DNA from: Sphaerodactylus townsendi
Lineage: Eukaryota
Length of the DNA stretch: 64,000 bases
Reading direction: 5' to 3'
Assembly (NCBI RefSeq): GCF_021028975.2
Contig: NC_059426.1
Span: 74,400,001-74,464,000 of the forward strand
The position numbers were made by a program, and so were the translations under genes. Shown here piece after piece: positions 36,072 through 49,535 of the stretch. Positions within the stretch are counted from its first letter, which is position 1. Every line of letters begins with the position of its first letter. The notes under the pieces are model-generated. The model was not told the DNA's origin, made no database searches, and was given only the letters and a program-made list of their open reading frames with translations.

Positions 36072-38659
36072 GTATGAGCCACAACAGTGATGAATGGGGC
36101 TGCCAATCTCTAAGTCTTAGCTGGAGATCTTCTGCCATTACAATTGATTTCTGGGTAACAGAGATCAGTTCATCAGGAGAAAATGGTCACTTTGGGAGGT
36201 GGACTGTATAGTATTATGCCCTAGTGAAGTCCCTCCTCTCCCCAAACCCTGCCCTCCTCATGTTCCACCCCCAAAATCTCTAGGTATTTTTCAACCTGGA
36301 GCTGGCTACCCAAGTGGTGAATAGCTAGGACAAAACATATTTGAAATAGACATACTCCTAAGTGTCACCAATGAGTTGAGGAATCTTCAAAGCTTATTGA
36401 GAGGCCAAGATATTTGGGTGGGGGTGTCTATGAAGTCTAAGGATTCAGCTACCTACGCTGGTGATAGCTGTGTCCACTCTTGAAACCTATCAAATGAAGT
36501 GCAGCTCACCAGCCATGCTTGGTGGCCAGCCAACCATTATAAAGGAAGGAAGCTGCCTAATAGCATTTCTCAACTTTTTTATTTAGAAAATCTATATTAT
36601 GCTTCCTTAGACACTTGACCGACACTGCTCACAAAGTACAATCAATACAGTGAAATCATAAAAACTAACAGCAGCAAATTATCAGTATTAAAACATGCCA
36701 TAAAAAGGTAACACAAATTCAGCAGCCTAAAATGGTACCTGTAAAACAGTCCTTAGGCTAAAAATATACAGTAGAAATAGGCTGAAAAAAGATGGAAGCC
36801 CACAGTTAATAGTCTGGTAGTTCAGTGTTCTCTTATCTTCCCAGAAGCAGTTTTCAAGGTCTTTAGACAGACGTGAGTCTTTCCCAACACCTTCTGTTCG
36901 TTGACTGGAAATAGCAAGGTCTGAACCTCAGATCTTTCACATATGAAGCTTATGGTGGCCCCATGTGATGTTTCACAACACACAACTTTTTGTAGGCAGG
37001 AAAATAAAATGGGATGTTTATTCAAACCCTAATGAGCAAGGTGCACTTATTTGGTGGGTCAGAAGCTTATGCATTTATTTGGGAGATACATACTGGATTA
37101 CTCATACCCTTTGCGATCCACCAGTATTCGCCTCTTCTAAAACGCAGATGCTGCAAAAGAGGCAGCTGGCAAAATAATTCTCAGACTTGTCCAAAAGAGT
37201 AAAAACACCATAATGGAAACACTGAGTTGCGCTGTCCTAGATGAAGCAGAATTCTTTATCCAACAAGATGCGACTAGCCTGCTGTGTCGACTTTTAGGAA
37301 AACGATAACGCTGAGAAGCTGATAGTGGAAAAGCCAGGCAAAGAGCAATGCTACTTAATTCTAGTTGCCTTTCAGATGCATGTTGCAGGGACCCATTCCT
37401 GGCTACCCATAGTTGTGCAGCACAAGTACTTCCACGTAGCCCTACTGCATCATATGAAATAGAGGGCAATATATGGACACCAAGAGATGTTACAGCCTGT
37501 GGTGGAGAGTTGCCTTTCTGTTGTTAAACACTTAAGGCATTTATTAGGCAAGTGCTCCCATACTGGAATGTGAATCCACAGCTCCACCTTCTGCTATACA
37601 ATGGTAGGGCAGAATTCACTGCACGGATCCTGGTTCCTGGGTGAGTAATGCAGCCACCTCTCCTTTGTAACTCAAATTTGCACAGCTTCACCAAGTCACT
37701 GCTATTTTCCAACCTGGCTTGTCAGTGGAGGATTGGGAGGGATACCATGAGCACTGACCATTTCTTCCTGTTGGCTTGCAGGACAGGAACAGGAAGCCAA
37801 GACCAACCGGCTCTTGTCCATATCTGGCTTCAGTATCTCCAATCCCACCTCAGAATCTTTGAACCTCCTAGTTAAACTCTGTGCTATTCTCAGTAAACCA
37901 ATAGCATTTCAAAAAAGGTTACCTATTGTGTGGCTTTAACAAGCAGATATCCCCCCAAAGTTTGTATAAATTCCACATTACTAAAAATCCACCTCAGTTC
38001 TTCTAAAAATACAATTGTGAGGACAACAAATGAGAAAAGTACAAAATACCTTATTCCAGTATCCTTTCTAATACAGTAACTCTATCTAGTGGCCATTTTG
38101 TATTCTACTTTGGGCATAATTCATTTTTTTTTCTGTAAAGTCTGTCAAACTTAATTTTGAAAAAAAAAAGGAATCTCCTATGATGGGTGGCTCTGTGGTA
38201 AAAAGCAACAGCTGAAAACTAGCAAATCTTTGCCAGACAGCAACCAATCACAAGCACTAGCAATTCTGTAGTCAAATTCAATACCATTATAATGACAGCA
38301 ATCCAAAATTAATTGAAGTTATTCAACGGGGGGGATGTTCAACAACAAAGAGGACCAAGTAGCTAACTATTGAACAGGAAATCTGCTTTTGCTTTCTTCC
38401 CTCTGGGGTCTAGTTCAAACCATCAAGTTGAACAGGAGTGGCTGAGGCTGGGAGATGAACAATCATTTTTAAGAAAGGTTAAAATAGTTTGAGAGAGGGT
38501 TTGCTCTCTCAAGGGCATGCACATGTACTTTTCTTGTTAATGCAAAACCTATTTACTACAAATAGTCATGGTATACATCTACAAAGCAGTGAGTCTATGT
38601 TCTACCTTAATTGTCTGGAATAAACAAAAGGCATGGTCCATTTTTGACTGTGTGATGTG

Positions 38660-38865
38660 TGATTTTGCTATCAAGTCACAGCTGACCCCATAAGGACCCC
38701 AAGAGAGATTCAGAGGAGGTTTGCCATTGCTTGCATTTGCAGCTTGCCTTTGCATGGGCAGAGAGAGTTCTGTGAGAACTGTGACTGGCCCAAGGTCACC
38801 CAGCAGGCTTCATGTGGAGGAGAGGGAATTAGAGTACTCCACTTTTAAACACTACACCATATTGG
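38660..38865 (-). mobile_element. Sauria-type SINE
   Basis: CAAGTCACAGCTGAC...GGTTTGCCATTGC...CCCAAGGTCACCCAGC...ACACTACACC. Confidence 0.65.
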
Positions 38866-39777
38866 CCTTCATTCTTAGACTATCATAGCACAAACAGAAT
38901 TACATGGCACCATAAAAAGCAGTGCATAGAACTCACTTGATAAGACGCATGAAGCCCCAAAATACTAACAATCTGACTGAACTATTCATAATTCATGCAT
39001 TCTGCTTTTCTTCAGGTGAATAAAGCACAACAGATAGACAAAAAGTCAGTTTGCAGTGTAAACAAAACCTAATGGAGAGGAACAGATCATCAGCAGAAGT
39101 TTAGGGGTTTTAGATAACTCCATATGCCTTGTTCATGTTTGTAAAGCCTTTTCAATGTATGGTGGTTCATAGAGTAATTAGGTTTCCATGGAGATCTCTA
39201 TAATTATATGAGGTAGGCCCTTCATATGTCTCTCGGAAATAGTTAGTCATCCTAAACCAAAAAGATGGGCACTTATTAATGCTGTTTTGCTCCATCTGAG
39301 TAATTACATTGGCAGTAACCCATTTATTAAAGATCTCTTGAAACTGTCAACCTAAGCAGACTTGCCAGGAAATTAAGCCCTTTTAAACTCAGATGAACTT
39401 ACTTCTGAGTAAACATTTATTAACCGGGCTAACAGCCTGCCTCTGTAAAATCCTGACCCCCGGCTATTGCCTTAGCCCACATACTTTTGAAATGACAGTG
39501 AAGCTGTTTCATCTGATTTCAAGCTTAACTGAACTCCAGATTGTCAGACACAGTTAACAAGGATGCCTAGTGGTACAGTTCAAACATTTGTGATACCAAC
39601 TGCTTACATACTTGCAATGAGCTTAAAGACAAAAATACCAGCACAGAGATTTAGGCACAGGGCATCAAGACTCCTGTAAAATAAGACCACTGGGCCTTCT
39701 AGCCCAGTTTTGATAACTGACAGCAGTAAAAAGGTCCTTCAAGTAAAAGGTCCTTTCCCAAACTTGATGCTGAGGGT

Positions 39778-41101
39778 CAGAGGCGTTCCTCCCATTGGGC
39801 AAAGTGGGCAGTTGCCCTGGGCGCAGCCCTGTGGGGGGGCGCAAAACTGCAGGTTCGTTTGTGGGATTTTTTGTATTTTCAGTGTTTTTCCATTTTTGGC
39901 CTGCAGAGGGCTCAGTTGTTAGGCTAGCAGCACCAAACTTTCAGGGATGTTTCAGGAGACACTCCTGATGCTATCACCCAGGTTTGGTGAGGTTTGATTC
40001 TGGGAGTCCAAAGTTATGGGCTCCCAAAGGGGGTGTCCCATCCCCCATTGTTTCCAATGGGAGCCAATAGGAGATGAGGCTACACCTTTGAGGGTCGATA
40101 ACTTTGGACCCCCAGAACCAAACTTCACCAAACCTGGGAGGTATCATCAGGAGAATCTTTTACTGATACCACCCAGGTTTTGTGAAGTTTGGTCCAGGGG
40201 GTCCAAAGCTATGGACTCCCAAAGGGGGTGCCACATCATCCATTGTTTCCAATGGGAGCTAACAGAAGATGGGGGGCTACACCCTTTGAGGGGTCCATGG
40301 CACTTTGGACTCCCTGAACTCAAACTTCACCAAACCTGGGTGGTAATTACTAGGAGAAGTCTCCTAAAGATACCCTGAAAGTTTGGTGCTGCTAGCTTAA
40401 CAGTTGCACCCATGACAGCAGGCACCTCCCAAATTTCCCCCCGCCTTTGAGATGGATTTAAAGGGAGCATCTCAGGTCCTCCAGTTTAAACATTGAAAGT
40501 GGTTGATTACAGTTTCTGTGTAAGAATCAACCCCAAAAATAGCATCACTGTCAATGTTGTTTAAACTGGGAACCCCGGATTCTCCCTTTAAGGTGGATTT
40601 AAAAAAGGAGAAATCAGCCTCAGTTTAAACAACGCTTAAAAAAAATGATGCTGTTTGGGGGTAGATTCCAGCATCACTTGTTTAGGGAGCCCAGATTCTT
40701 CTTTGAAACATTGAAAGTGATGCTGTTTCCCCCAATTGGGGGGACTGGATACAACACCATAAAATGTTTTCATAGCAGTAATAAAACATTTTGAAAGCAT
40801 TTTGAAAATGTTTTCAAAAATTATTTCTGCTGTTGTGGCATGGCTTATTGCTGTGCTCAGATTTGTGAGTTGGGGCATGTTCTATAATGTGATGGTGACT
40901 TTGAAACAACCTGGTGTAAAAAATCATTGCTTGGTCACAGTGGGGAAGGGTGGCTGCCCCTGGGGGGCGCCAAACTCATTTGCCTGGATACGCCACTGGG
41001 TGTAGCTACGGGGGGGGTGCACATTGCATTGGGCACGCGCCTGGGGGGGGCATCAAACTCAGGTTTTGCCCAGGGCTCCAGTTTGCCTAGTTACGCCACT
41101 G
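39778..41101. mobile_element. Non-autonomous hAT element (1324 bp) with 8-bp TSD CTGAGGGT
   Basis: CAGAGGCGT...ACGCCACTG termini; identical TSD at 39770-39777 and 41102-41109; internal direct and inverted subrepeats. Related fragments at about 4740-4860, 19950-20220 and 51406-51860. Confidence 0.9.
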
Positions 41102-42060
41102 CTGAGGGTCCAATTAAACATAGCTCTTGGGAGATCGGTGGACAGATTTTTTTCTGGTCTTTAAGAGATAAATAGCAGCAATGATGAGAGGGGAGAGAGT
41201 GAATCATATGAGCACTGTGGCACAGGACTTTAACCTTCCCCGTTGTGAGGAAATGGACTTGCAACCCTCAATCCATCAAGTTCCAGGAGCTCAGAGAGTT
41301 CCCTGGCCATGGCCATTGCAGGTCTTCCCCTCTTTTTCCAGAAAGGTTCCTGGCTTCTCTCTGGGCATTAGCCACAGCAATGAGCTAATTTCTGAAAAGT
41401 ATCTCTTGCTAGAAAGATTAATACTTCTAGCAATCTTTACCACACTGTCATTTGAAGGCTCCTAGTATTTGCTTCATTTCCAGTTTTTCTCATACTATCT
41501 AAAGCTAGGATAATCTATCCCATCTGCACAAATTTGCACTTTGGTAATGACATATTGATCCTTGGACCTTCCTTTTTACTGCTCTTTGGAAAGTGTGACT
41601 GAAGCAGGTGTGGTCTGTGCATAGCGATCAAGCATTCAGATGATAAGAATTCAATAAAACCAATAAAAATCAATAAATAAATGTCACAGTGTGCTGTCTT
41701 ATAAAGAAAAGATGAAACAGAGTCTTCTAACCCTAACTCCAGACATACCTTAACAGTGTTGTTGCTAGGATAGGCCATTAGCTCTTGATGTTACAGCCAT
41801 TTAACATTCTTCCAGAACCTCTGTTCACCCGTTTGGGGGCTCCTCCTCATTGTCCCTCATCACATATTCAAGATGAAGTCCTGGTGTAAAGGCTAGCTTT
41901 TCATGGCATGACAAGTTGATGCGCCTTTTAGGAGGCAAGGAGAGAAGGAGGGACAGTTCTTTGGTGTGTACAATTTATAATCTCTCTTTGGGGACCCCAT
42001 CCCCTATCTTTGGTCATACCTTTCTTCTTGACCCAAAAGGAAGAGACACATTCCAGCATT

Positions 42061-42185
42061 TGTATCTGACAAAGAGAGCTTTGAGTCTCGAAAGATCATA
42101 CCCCCAAAATCTTGTTGATCTCCAAGGTGCTACTGGACTCGAATCTAGCTGTTCTACTGCAGAATAAAAAAGCTACCCTCTGAAA
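42061..42185 (+). mobile_element. Penelope-derived fragment
   Basis: CTGACAA-AGAGAGCTTTGAGTCTC-GAAAG hammerhead-like core, then AAAATCTTGTTGATCTCCAAGGTGCTACTGGACTC. A related inverted copy lies at about 17460-17566. Confidence 0.6.
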
Positions 42186-42333
42186 CCAGTGTATACCTTT
42201 CCAGGCTGTGTTCTTAGGTGTGCCATTTGAGCTCAGTTGTTAGATAGTAAATATTTTGTGCTCTGTGCTTGGGAGACAAAAGACTTGTCTCCTGTCTTTC
42301 ACCAAAATTAAACCTTTTTTAGCCCCAGTTATT

Positions 42334-42615
42334 GGGCCTTTCCCCACTCCCTTCCATCCCCCCTATGCCGCGCGCTGCTCTCAGCGCGCGGCATCCCAGG
42401 CGCGCGCCCAGGCATCCCCACGACCCCGCGCTCTGTGCGGGGTCGTCAAAAGGCGCCGTTCAGAAGAGCGCCTGGAATGCCGCGCGCTAAGGGGGCGCAA
42501 CAGCGGCAGTGTCGGGGCGGCTGCGCTGTGGCCGCCCCTGCCGTGGGGAGGGAGGAGGAACCCCGCGCTACTCTCCTCAAGTAGCGCGGGGCTTACGGTA
42601 AGTGGGGAAAGGCCC
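42334..42615. mobile_element. GC-rich Harbinger-like MITE (same family)
   Basis: Perfect 15-bp TIR GGGCCTTTCCCCACT; 3-bp TSD ATT. Confidence 0.85.
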
Positions 42616-43719
42616 ATTGAAATTTTATGATGAATTGTAGGGTGGAGGGCTTTTCCTCACATCCCTCATGTCATTTTCCAATCATCATCCCCTCCCCCCC
42701 AACACACAAAGCTGCTATTTACTCCACAGAAGGACACATATAAGCATCTGTCTCTTTTGACTGCAGATCCCTTTGAGGCATTCTAGGGTTGACCTTGGAA
42801 ACTTCTCAGAGCCATGTGCTTTATCACTGAATCTCATTAATAAAGCAACGTTAACTGTCTTCCACAAATCTGTTATTGCTTTGGGGTTGGACAGCCTTTG
42901 AGATAAGAATGACTTTATGTGATGCCAAGACTTTTTACAAAAGCACAATCAAAGAGTATTTGTTGGTAGCAGTAACTCTGTGCTGTGATGTACAAGGGAC
43001 ATGGACTAGGGTGGGTAAGTGTGGGGCTAAAATTGCCTCTGAGTAGACTGCATGCCCTACCCCTGTCATCAAACACTGTGCCAAAAATACACATTCAGGC
43101 ATGATTACTATTATAGCTGATTCTGATTGAGGAGTAGCTTATGTGCAACTGTTTGTATATACAGAATTTAGCTTTAGTCACATAAGTCTGCTGCCCAAGA
43201 AACTCTTTTCCTTTTAAATAAATTTCTAGTACATATGGTAGCAAAGCTAAGCTTCACTGTGTCTAGACAATGCCTAGCAAAATCTCAGAAGTCTGGTGGA
43301 AAAAGAATCCAGGAGAATTCCTACTTGTCAGAGAGACATTTCAGTAATGGGTTGTGAACTGGCTTGGAGAAAAATGTTCTGTCTCTTTAATAGAGGCTTA
43401 ATGTATGGAAATAGGCAGCTGAAACTTTACATGGGTTGCAGTGGCAGAAAACAGTGTAGTAGAAGGAATGTGATACATAAATAAACAGGGTTGCCAACTT
43501 CCTGGAGGGGCCTGGAGGTCTCCTGGTATAACTGATCCCGAGACTGCAGACATTCGTTTTCCTGGAGAAAATGGCTGCTTTGGTGGGTAGACTATAAGGA
43601 ATTGCACCCCACAAAAGCCCGTTCCCAATCTCTATCTTCCACAGGCTATTCCATCAAGTCTCCAGGAATTTCCCAACACAGAGTATGCAATACACCTCAA
43701 CAGACTTCAATCCTATTCC

Positions 43720-46300
43720 CTTATTAAAGCTACCACAATCCAACATATTTCCTTTGTTTTTGTTCTTTAAAGCCAGCCTCTTTAAACATCAGTAAATGCT
43801 TCACAGTGCAGGTTAGAGTTTGAAACTGGGCCAAATTTTATTTACAATATTTTCAAACATAGCGTTCTCTCATGTGCAATGATATTTGAGCCATCAGAGA
43901 AACTCCTTAGTATGCTAAGCATTAATAGGAGTTCCCAGTATGGAACTTTTCATAGTCTTTTCAGTTCCATAGAACTTCCAAAATATATCCCATATTTCGA
44001 GCAAATACATTGATTCTCCCTAACATGAATGTTTGCATGTGGTCTAAGGTTTCTAGACTGATGAAAATGTTTTCCCACATTCATAACACTTGAAAGGTTT
44101 CTGTTCAGTGTGAATTCTCTCATGTGCAATAAGGTTGGACTAACTTGCAAAAAATATTAAACCACAGAACAATGAAATTATTTTTCTCCCGTAGGGTTTG
44201 TTTCACGGATCTGAAGTTTTGTAGAAAAGTAGGAGGTAAAAAAGTAGTTAAAAAGGGTGTAAAAGTAGTAAAAAAGGGTGTGCTAAAAGATGGCAGGGAG
44301 ATTGCAGAGAAGCTGAATGAATTCTTTGCATCTGTCTTCACCCAAGGGAGGTGAGGAACATTCCTGCACCTGAACCAAGCTTCTTAGGAGGCGAATCCGA
44401 GGAACTAGCAAAGACAGTGGTAGACAAGGAAGAAGTTCTGGCAGCCATTGATAAACTAAATGTTACCAAATCCCCTGGCCCAGATGGCATTCACCCAAGA
44501 GTTCTTAAAGAGCTCAAGCATGAAATTGCTGATCTTCTCACTTTAATATGCAACTTATCCCTGAAATCAGGCTCCATCCCTGAAGACTGGAAGATGGCCA
44601 ATGTCACACCAATCTTTAAGAAAGGATCTAGGGGGGACCCGGAAATTACAGGCCAAGTCAGGTTGACATCTGTTCCTGGTAAATTAGTAGAATCTATCAG
44701 TAAAGATAAAATTATAAAACATGTAGAAGAAAAGCAAGACCTGCTGAGAAAGAGTCCCAGCATGGCTTTTTGCAAGAGAGCAAATCCTGTCTTACAAACC
44801 TCTACTAGAGTTCTTTGAGGGTGTAAACAGGCATGTGGGACAGGGGTGGAACCGGTGGACATTGTTCTACTTGGATTTCCAAAGGGCTTTTGACAAAAGT
44901 TCCTCACCAGAGACTGTTGAGAAAAAACTCAGTAATGAAGAAGGGAATAAGAGGGGAAGTCCTCCTATGGGATTAAAAAACTGGTTGAGAAACCTAGGAA
45001 ACAAAGAGTGGGTGTAAATGGGAAGTTCTCACAAAGGAGAGATGTCGGGAGTGGGTGTCCCCAAGGATCCGGCTTTTGGGACCAGTGCTCTTTAAACCTA
45101 TCTCATAAAATGACACAGAGTAGGGGTACAGGTAGCATGGTGGCCAAGTTCTGCAGATGCCGATACCAAATTATGTGAAGCGTGCAGGTGAGAACCACAA
45201 AAGGATTGCTGGAAGAGCTCCAAGCGGACCTTGATAAATTAGGGTGAGTGGGCTCCAGAAATGGCAAATGCAGTTCAATGTAGCAAAATGTAAAGTGATG
45301 CACATAGGGGCAAAAAAAAATCCAAACTTCACATACACGGCTTCACAGGGGGTCAGTGCTTATCAGTCACAGACCAGTGAAAGGGATTTAGGGCGTCTTA
45401 GTTGATAGTTCCATGGGAATGTCAAAGCTCAGTGCATGGCAGCTGTGAAAAAGGCAAACTCTATGCTGGGGATCATTAGGAAAGGAGTTGAGAATAAAAA
45501 CTGCAAAAGATTGTCATGCCCTTATATAAAGCAGTGGTGCGACCGGTGACTTGGGAGTACTGTGTCCAGTTCTGGTCGCCGCATCTCAAAAGGATATTGA
45601 GGAGATAGAAAAAAGTGCAGAGAGAAGGGGCAACAAGGATGATTGAGGGACTGGAGCACGCCTTCCCGATGGGGAGAGGCTGCAGCGTTTGGGACTCTTT
45701 AGTTTGGAGAGAAGGCGCTGAGGGGATATGCGATTGAAGTCTATAAAATTATGCATGGGGTAGAAAATGTTGACAGAGAGAAATTTTTCTCTTTTTCTCT
45801 CAATACTAGAACCAGGGGGCATCCATTGAAAATGCTGGGGGGAAGAATTAGGACTAATAAAAGTAAAAACACTTCTTCACGCAATCGTGTGATTTGGTGT
45901 TTGGAATATGCTGCATCAGGAGGTGGGGCTGGCCACTAACATGGATAGCTTTAAAAAGGGCTTGGACAGATTTATGGAGGAGAAGTCGATTTATGGCTAC
46001 CAATCTTGATCCTCTTTGATCTGAGATTGCAAATGCCTTAACAGACCAGGTGATCGGGAGCAACAGCCGCAGAAGGCCATTGCGTTCACATCCTGCATGT
46101 GAGCTCCCAAAGGCACCTGGTGGGCCACTGCGAGTAGCAGAGAGCTGGACTAGATGGACTTTGGTCTGATCCAGCTGGCTTGTTCTTATGTTCTTATGTT
46201 AGGAGCTTTTCCCATACACTGAACACAGTTTTCACTACAGTGTGAACAGTTTTGCCCAATGTGTGGGTGTGGACTTTAAGTTTAAGTGGACCTTCAGTTG
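43720..46300 (-). pseudogene. Decayed C2H2 zinc-finger array relic, split by CR1
   Basis: Minus strand SNLIAHERIHTEQKPFKCYECGKTF.., RNLRPHANIH, SFSDGSNIIAHERT; continues beyond CR1 at 46201-46280 (VHT..CSVYGKS); contains stops and frameshifts. Confidence 0.7.
44236..46200 (+). mobile_element. 5'-truncated CR1 LINE (ORF2 RT region to 3' end)
   Basis: KSPGPDGIHPRVLKEL, PEDWKMANVTPIFKKGSRGDP, YLDFQRAFDK, GVPQGS- and FADD-like motifs; (TTCTTATG)2 tail; many 1-bp indels. Confidence 0.95.
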
Positions 46301-46848
46301 GCAGCCTATTCCTTGTCCCTGGCATAGACATCAACATCAGAGGTCATGATGGAAAAAACAGCAAAAATGATATTTAAGTCTGCATAATTTATGTGGGTGA
46401 TAGCATTCCACATAATGCAGAGTAAACACATTTGTTTCGTTCTAAGTAATACACAGGCCTCCTATAGAGGTGCCCATGCTCTTTACTTGTGCTGCAGCCA
46501 CCTACCCACACTCTGTCCAGACTTTTCTTTTACAAGAAAACATATTAAGTGCCTGTGTGTTTATTCCACCCTTCTTTCAGGGACGTTTTCATGATCCCCT
46601 CCCCACATATCTTATCAAATGCATCAGATGACCTCTGTGTTCCCCTCATATTGTTTTGAATAATAAAATTCAGTCTCTGCTTGTCATGGATAGGTTACAA
46701 ACCCAGGAATTTCACATGCAGAATTCAAACACTATTATTTTAAGGTTCAAACAAATTGTTTTGGGGCCTACTAAATTTATAATTTTCTGCCAAAAAAATA
46801 ATAATTGGGAGGATAGAATTGCCTTTCTTTTCACCACCATATGTATAG

Positions 46849-47003
46849 GGCTGATGACTCCAGAAGAGCACAAAAAATATGACAGCCTGACCTCACTCCA
46901 TAACAAATTCTGGATCCCCTGTGTGTGGTTCTCAAATCTGGCAGTGAAGGCACGCAACGATGGCCGGATCCGTGACAGCGTGCTGCTACAAGGCATCTTG
47001 AAC
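46849..47003 (+). CDS. BEST1: Bestrophin-1, exon 5 (155 nt)
   Basis: gtatag| acceptor; LMTPEEHKKYDSLTSLHNKFWIPCVWFSNLAVKARNDGRIRDSVLLQGILN, with aperture residue V205; |GTGAGT donor. Confidence 0.97.
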
Positions 47004-47229
47004 GTGAGTACAAAATATGCTTCAACTTATCCAAGGACTAGATAGGGTGGTAATTTAGTATGAAGCAGACTGCTGAAAAGGCAAAGTAATTGATGTTGTT
47101 CTTCCAACTCTAAGTAGATTATATCTTGACTACCAGTCTGTTGAGAAAAGGAAAGATTTTGATTTCTACAAAGCAAAAAAAAGGTATCTCTGAAGAATTC
47201 TGTTCACCTTAGATGTTGCATTACCTAAG

Positions 47230-48790
47230 AGTAAAAGAATAATCATGACAGCAGAGCAAAAAAACAACTTGCAGAACAATTATCAGCTGAGGACATGTTC
47301 AAAGAATCTGTAAAAGAACTTGATAGAAAATCTCTACCTAAATCAAAAGAGAATTCACTGAGATCAAAAAGAGGAAGGAAAAACAAAGGAGCATCAGATA
47401 AAAAAGACAAATTAGACCAAGCTGCAGCACTCCAGTGAAATGGACAAAATGAAGATTGAATTGATAATACAAACAACCTAAATTCCCCCTCCAAGCAAAT
47501 AAGAATATTTTAACAATTAAAAAAGCAAAGTGCACATGTACTATGTATTCAAGAAACTTATATAAAGAAAAAAAAACAAGGACATATTTTAAATAAGAAT
47601 TGGGCAAAGTCTATGTGGAATCAGCAAACAATAAAAAGAAAGGAGTTGTGGTTTATATAAAACAACTTACATATAAATGTTAGGAAGGAATTAAGAGATT
47701 CAGAAGAAACATATGTCATGCTGAAAATCAGGCCCCGAGAAAGCAAGATCTGTAGACATTAACTATGATTTATGCCCCAAATCATGCAAGAAAAAATTTT
47801 TAATGAAAACTTTTAAAATTCATACTAGATTTTCAAGAATAATGATCTTTGGTACCATGAATGGGGTAATTTCCCTCCCCCCATCCCCACCCCCAAAAAG
47901 ACAGATCCAAAAACTCAAAAAAAGGTATACTTCCCCAAAAGGGAACTTATATGGAAATGTTTCAATTAGAAGATGCATTGAGGATTAAAAATCCAAATAT
48001 TAGAGATTATATCTTTTTTTTCTAATAGACATCAATAACATTTAAGGATAGATATGTGCTGGGTAGCCAAAACCTTCATTATCAGTCTAGAGAGTAATAA
48101 TATACAACCAAAAACTGTTGGCGATCACAATCCAGTAGTAGTAACTTGGCAACAAAACAGAAGCAGAAGGGGAAGGTGGCAATCGATAATTTTTTACAAC
48201 AAAAATTAAAGAAACATAAAAAGGACATAGGAGAATTTTTTAGAATTAGCTGTACAGCTGCAATGATCTGGACAATCAGTAAACCTTTGCCCTTATCTAT
48301 GGCTGGCATATTCAGAGGCATGTCATAGCAAGATGTGTTTCTCTCCATGGCACATGGGCAAGTGTTGAAGGAATAGCATAAACAAATGCCTTCACAGAGC
48401 AACTCTAATTGAGATTAAGCAATAAAGGGCTAATTAGATCTGCCTGAAACTGAAGAAATATAGAAGAAACTAAGATTTTAAAAACAAAGACATTGTTAAC
48501 ATGCAAACAATGGCATATTGGCACATTATCTTAGAAAAGCAACTGAAAGAAGTCCAATTCGAAGGGAGATTTAAATTCACATGTAGAAAAGGAGATACAG
48601 GAATAGTATGCTCATTTTTGAATTATACAGAAAAGATTTTACAACAGAGGATGGAATGGAGGAGTATATAAAAGGAATACATACCAAGAAGTTCACATTG
48701 TAATATAGGGATATACTGAATCAACCTATTACTATTCAAGAAATACTGAAAGTAATAACGGAACTGAAAAAAGACAACACCAGTAACACA
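47230..48790 (+). mobile_element. L1-type LINE relic (endonuclease region of ORF2)
   Basis: KKKGVVVYI, IYAPN-like (ATTTATGCCCCAAAT), RIDMCW, DHNPV and LNQPITIQEI motifs; contains a Penelope-like snippet at about 48290-48340. Confidence 0.75.
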
Positions 48791-48918
48791 AGTACAGTAA
48801 GACTGAGGCTAAAATAATGAATGAAGGAACCCAGAGAGGTAAAAGTAGGTATTCTCATAAACAGTGATAGAGACCCTGTAGTCTTTTCAGTCTATAATTC
48901 TTCTTTTTTTTCTGCCAG

Positions 48919-48996
48919 GAAATGAACACTTTACGCAGTCAATGTGGGCGACTCTACGGGTATGACTGGATCAGCATTCCTCTGGTGTATACTCAG
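48919..48996 (+). CDS. BEST1: Bestrophin-1, exon 6 (78 nt)
   Basis: Polypyrimidine tract plus ccag|; [26 protein letters not shown]; |GTGAGG donor. Confidence 0.97.
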
Positions 48997-49535
48997 GTGA
49001 GGACCTTGATAAACCCCTCTATCACTGCAACCAGAATTATTTCAGTATTTTTAGAACAATGGGAGGAAATGAATAAAAACTGTAATCTAGAGAGCACTGT
49101 ATAGTTGTCACCCACTGGAATTCAGTGGGATGCTGGCTTAAAGTACTTTATCTTCTATTCATTTTTGTGACAAACATGATATCTAAAAATGTATACCCTG
49201 CCTACATGTTCCTCATTATTCTTTCATGCATAAATCCACTCATTCCTAATATAACCTCCCCACAGAATCCATTTTTAATCACATAAATACACCTGTTACA
49301 ATTTACCTGACATATGGCTTTTCTGCATTCATTTTTTCCTCCTCTCCAAATTCCTGTTTCATTTGGGGGAGGGGGTGTTCCCAAATGTATTTTTCTCCCT
49401 CTAGTGGCCAATTCAATATCACACCTGATTTTATCAAGAATAAAAAACGGCTGCTTAAATCAGAAGGGAAATTTCATTTAACTATTTAATCCTCTGCTAT
49501 ATCAAATGGACCACTAGAGGGAGTAAAACACATGC

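Noticed and set aside
36900-37750. Possible coding or LINE relic in BEST1 intron 4
   Set aside because: No motif I could identify with confidence; left uncalled.
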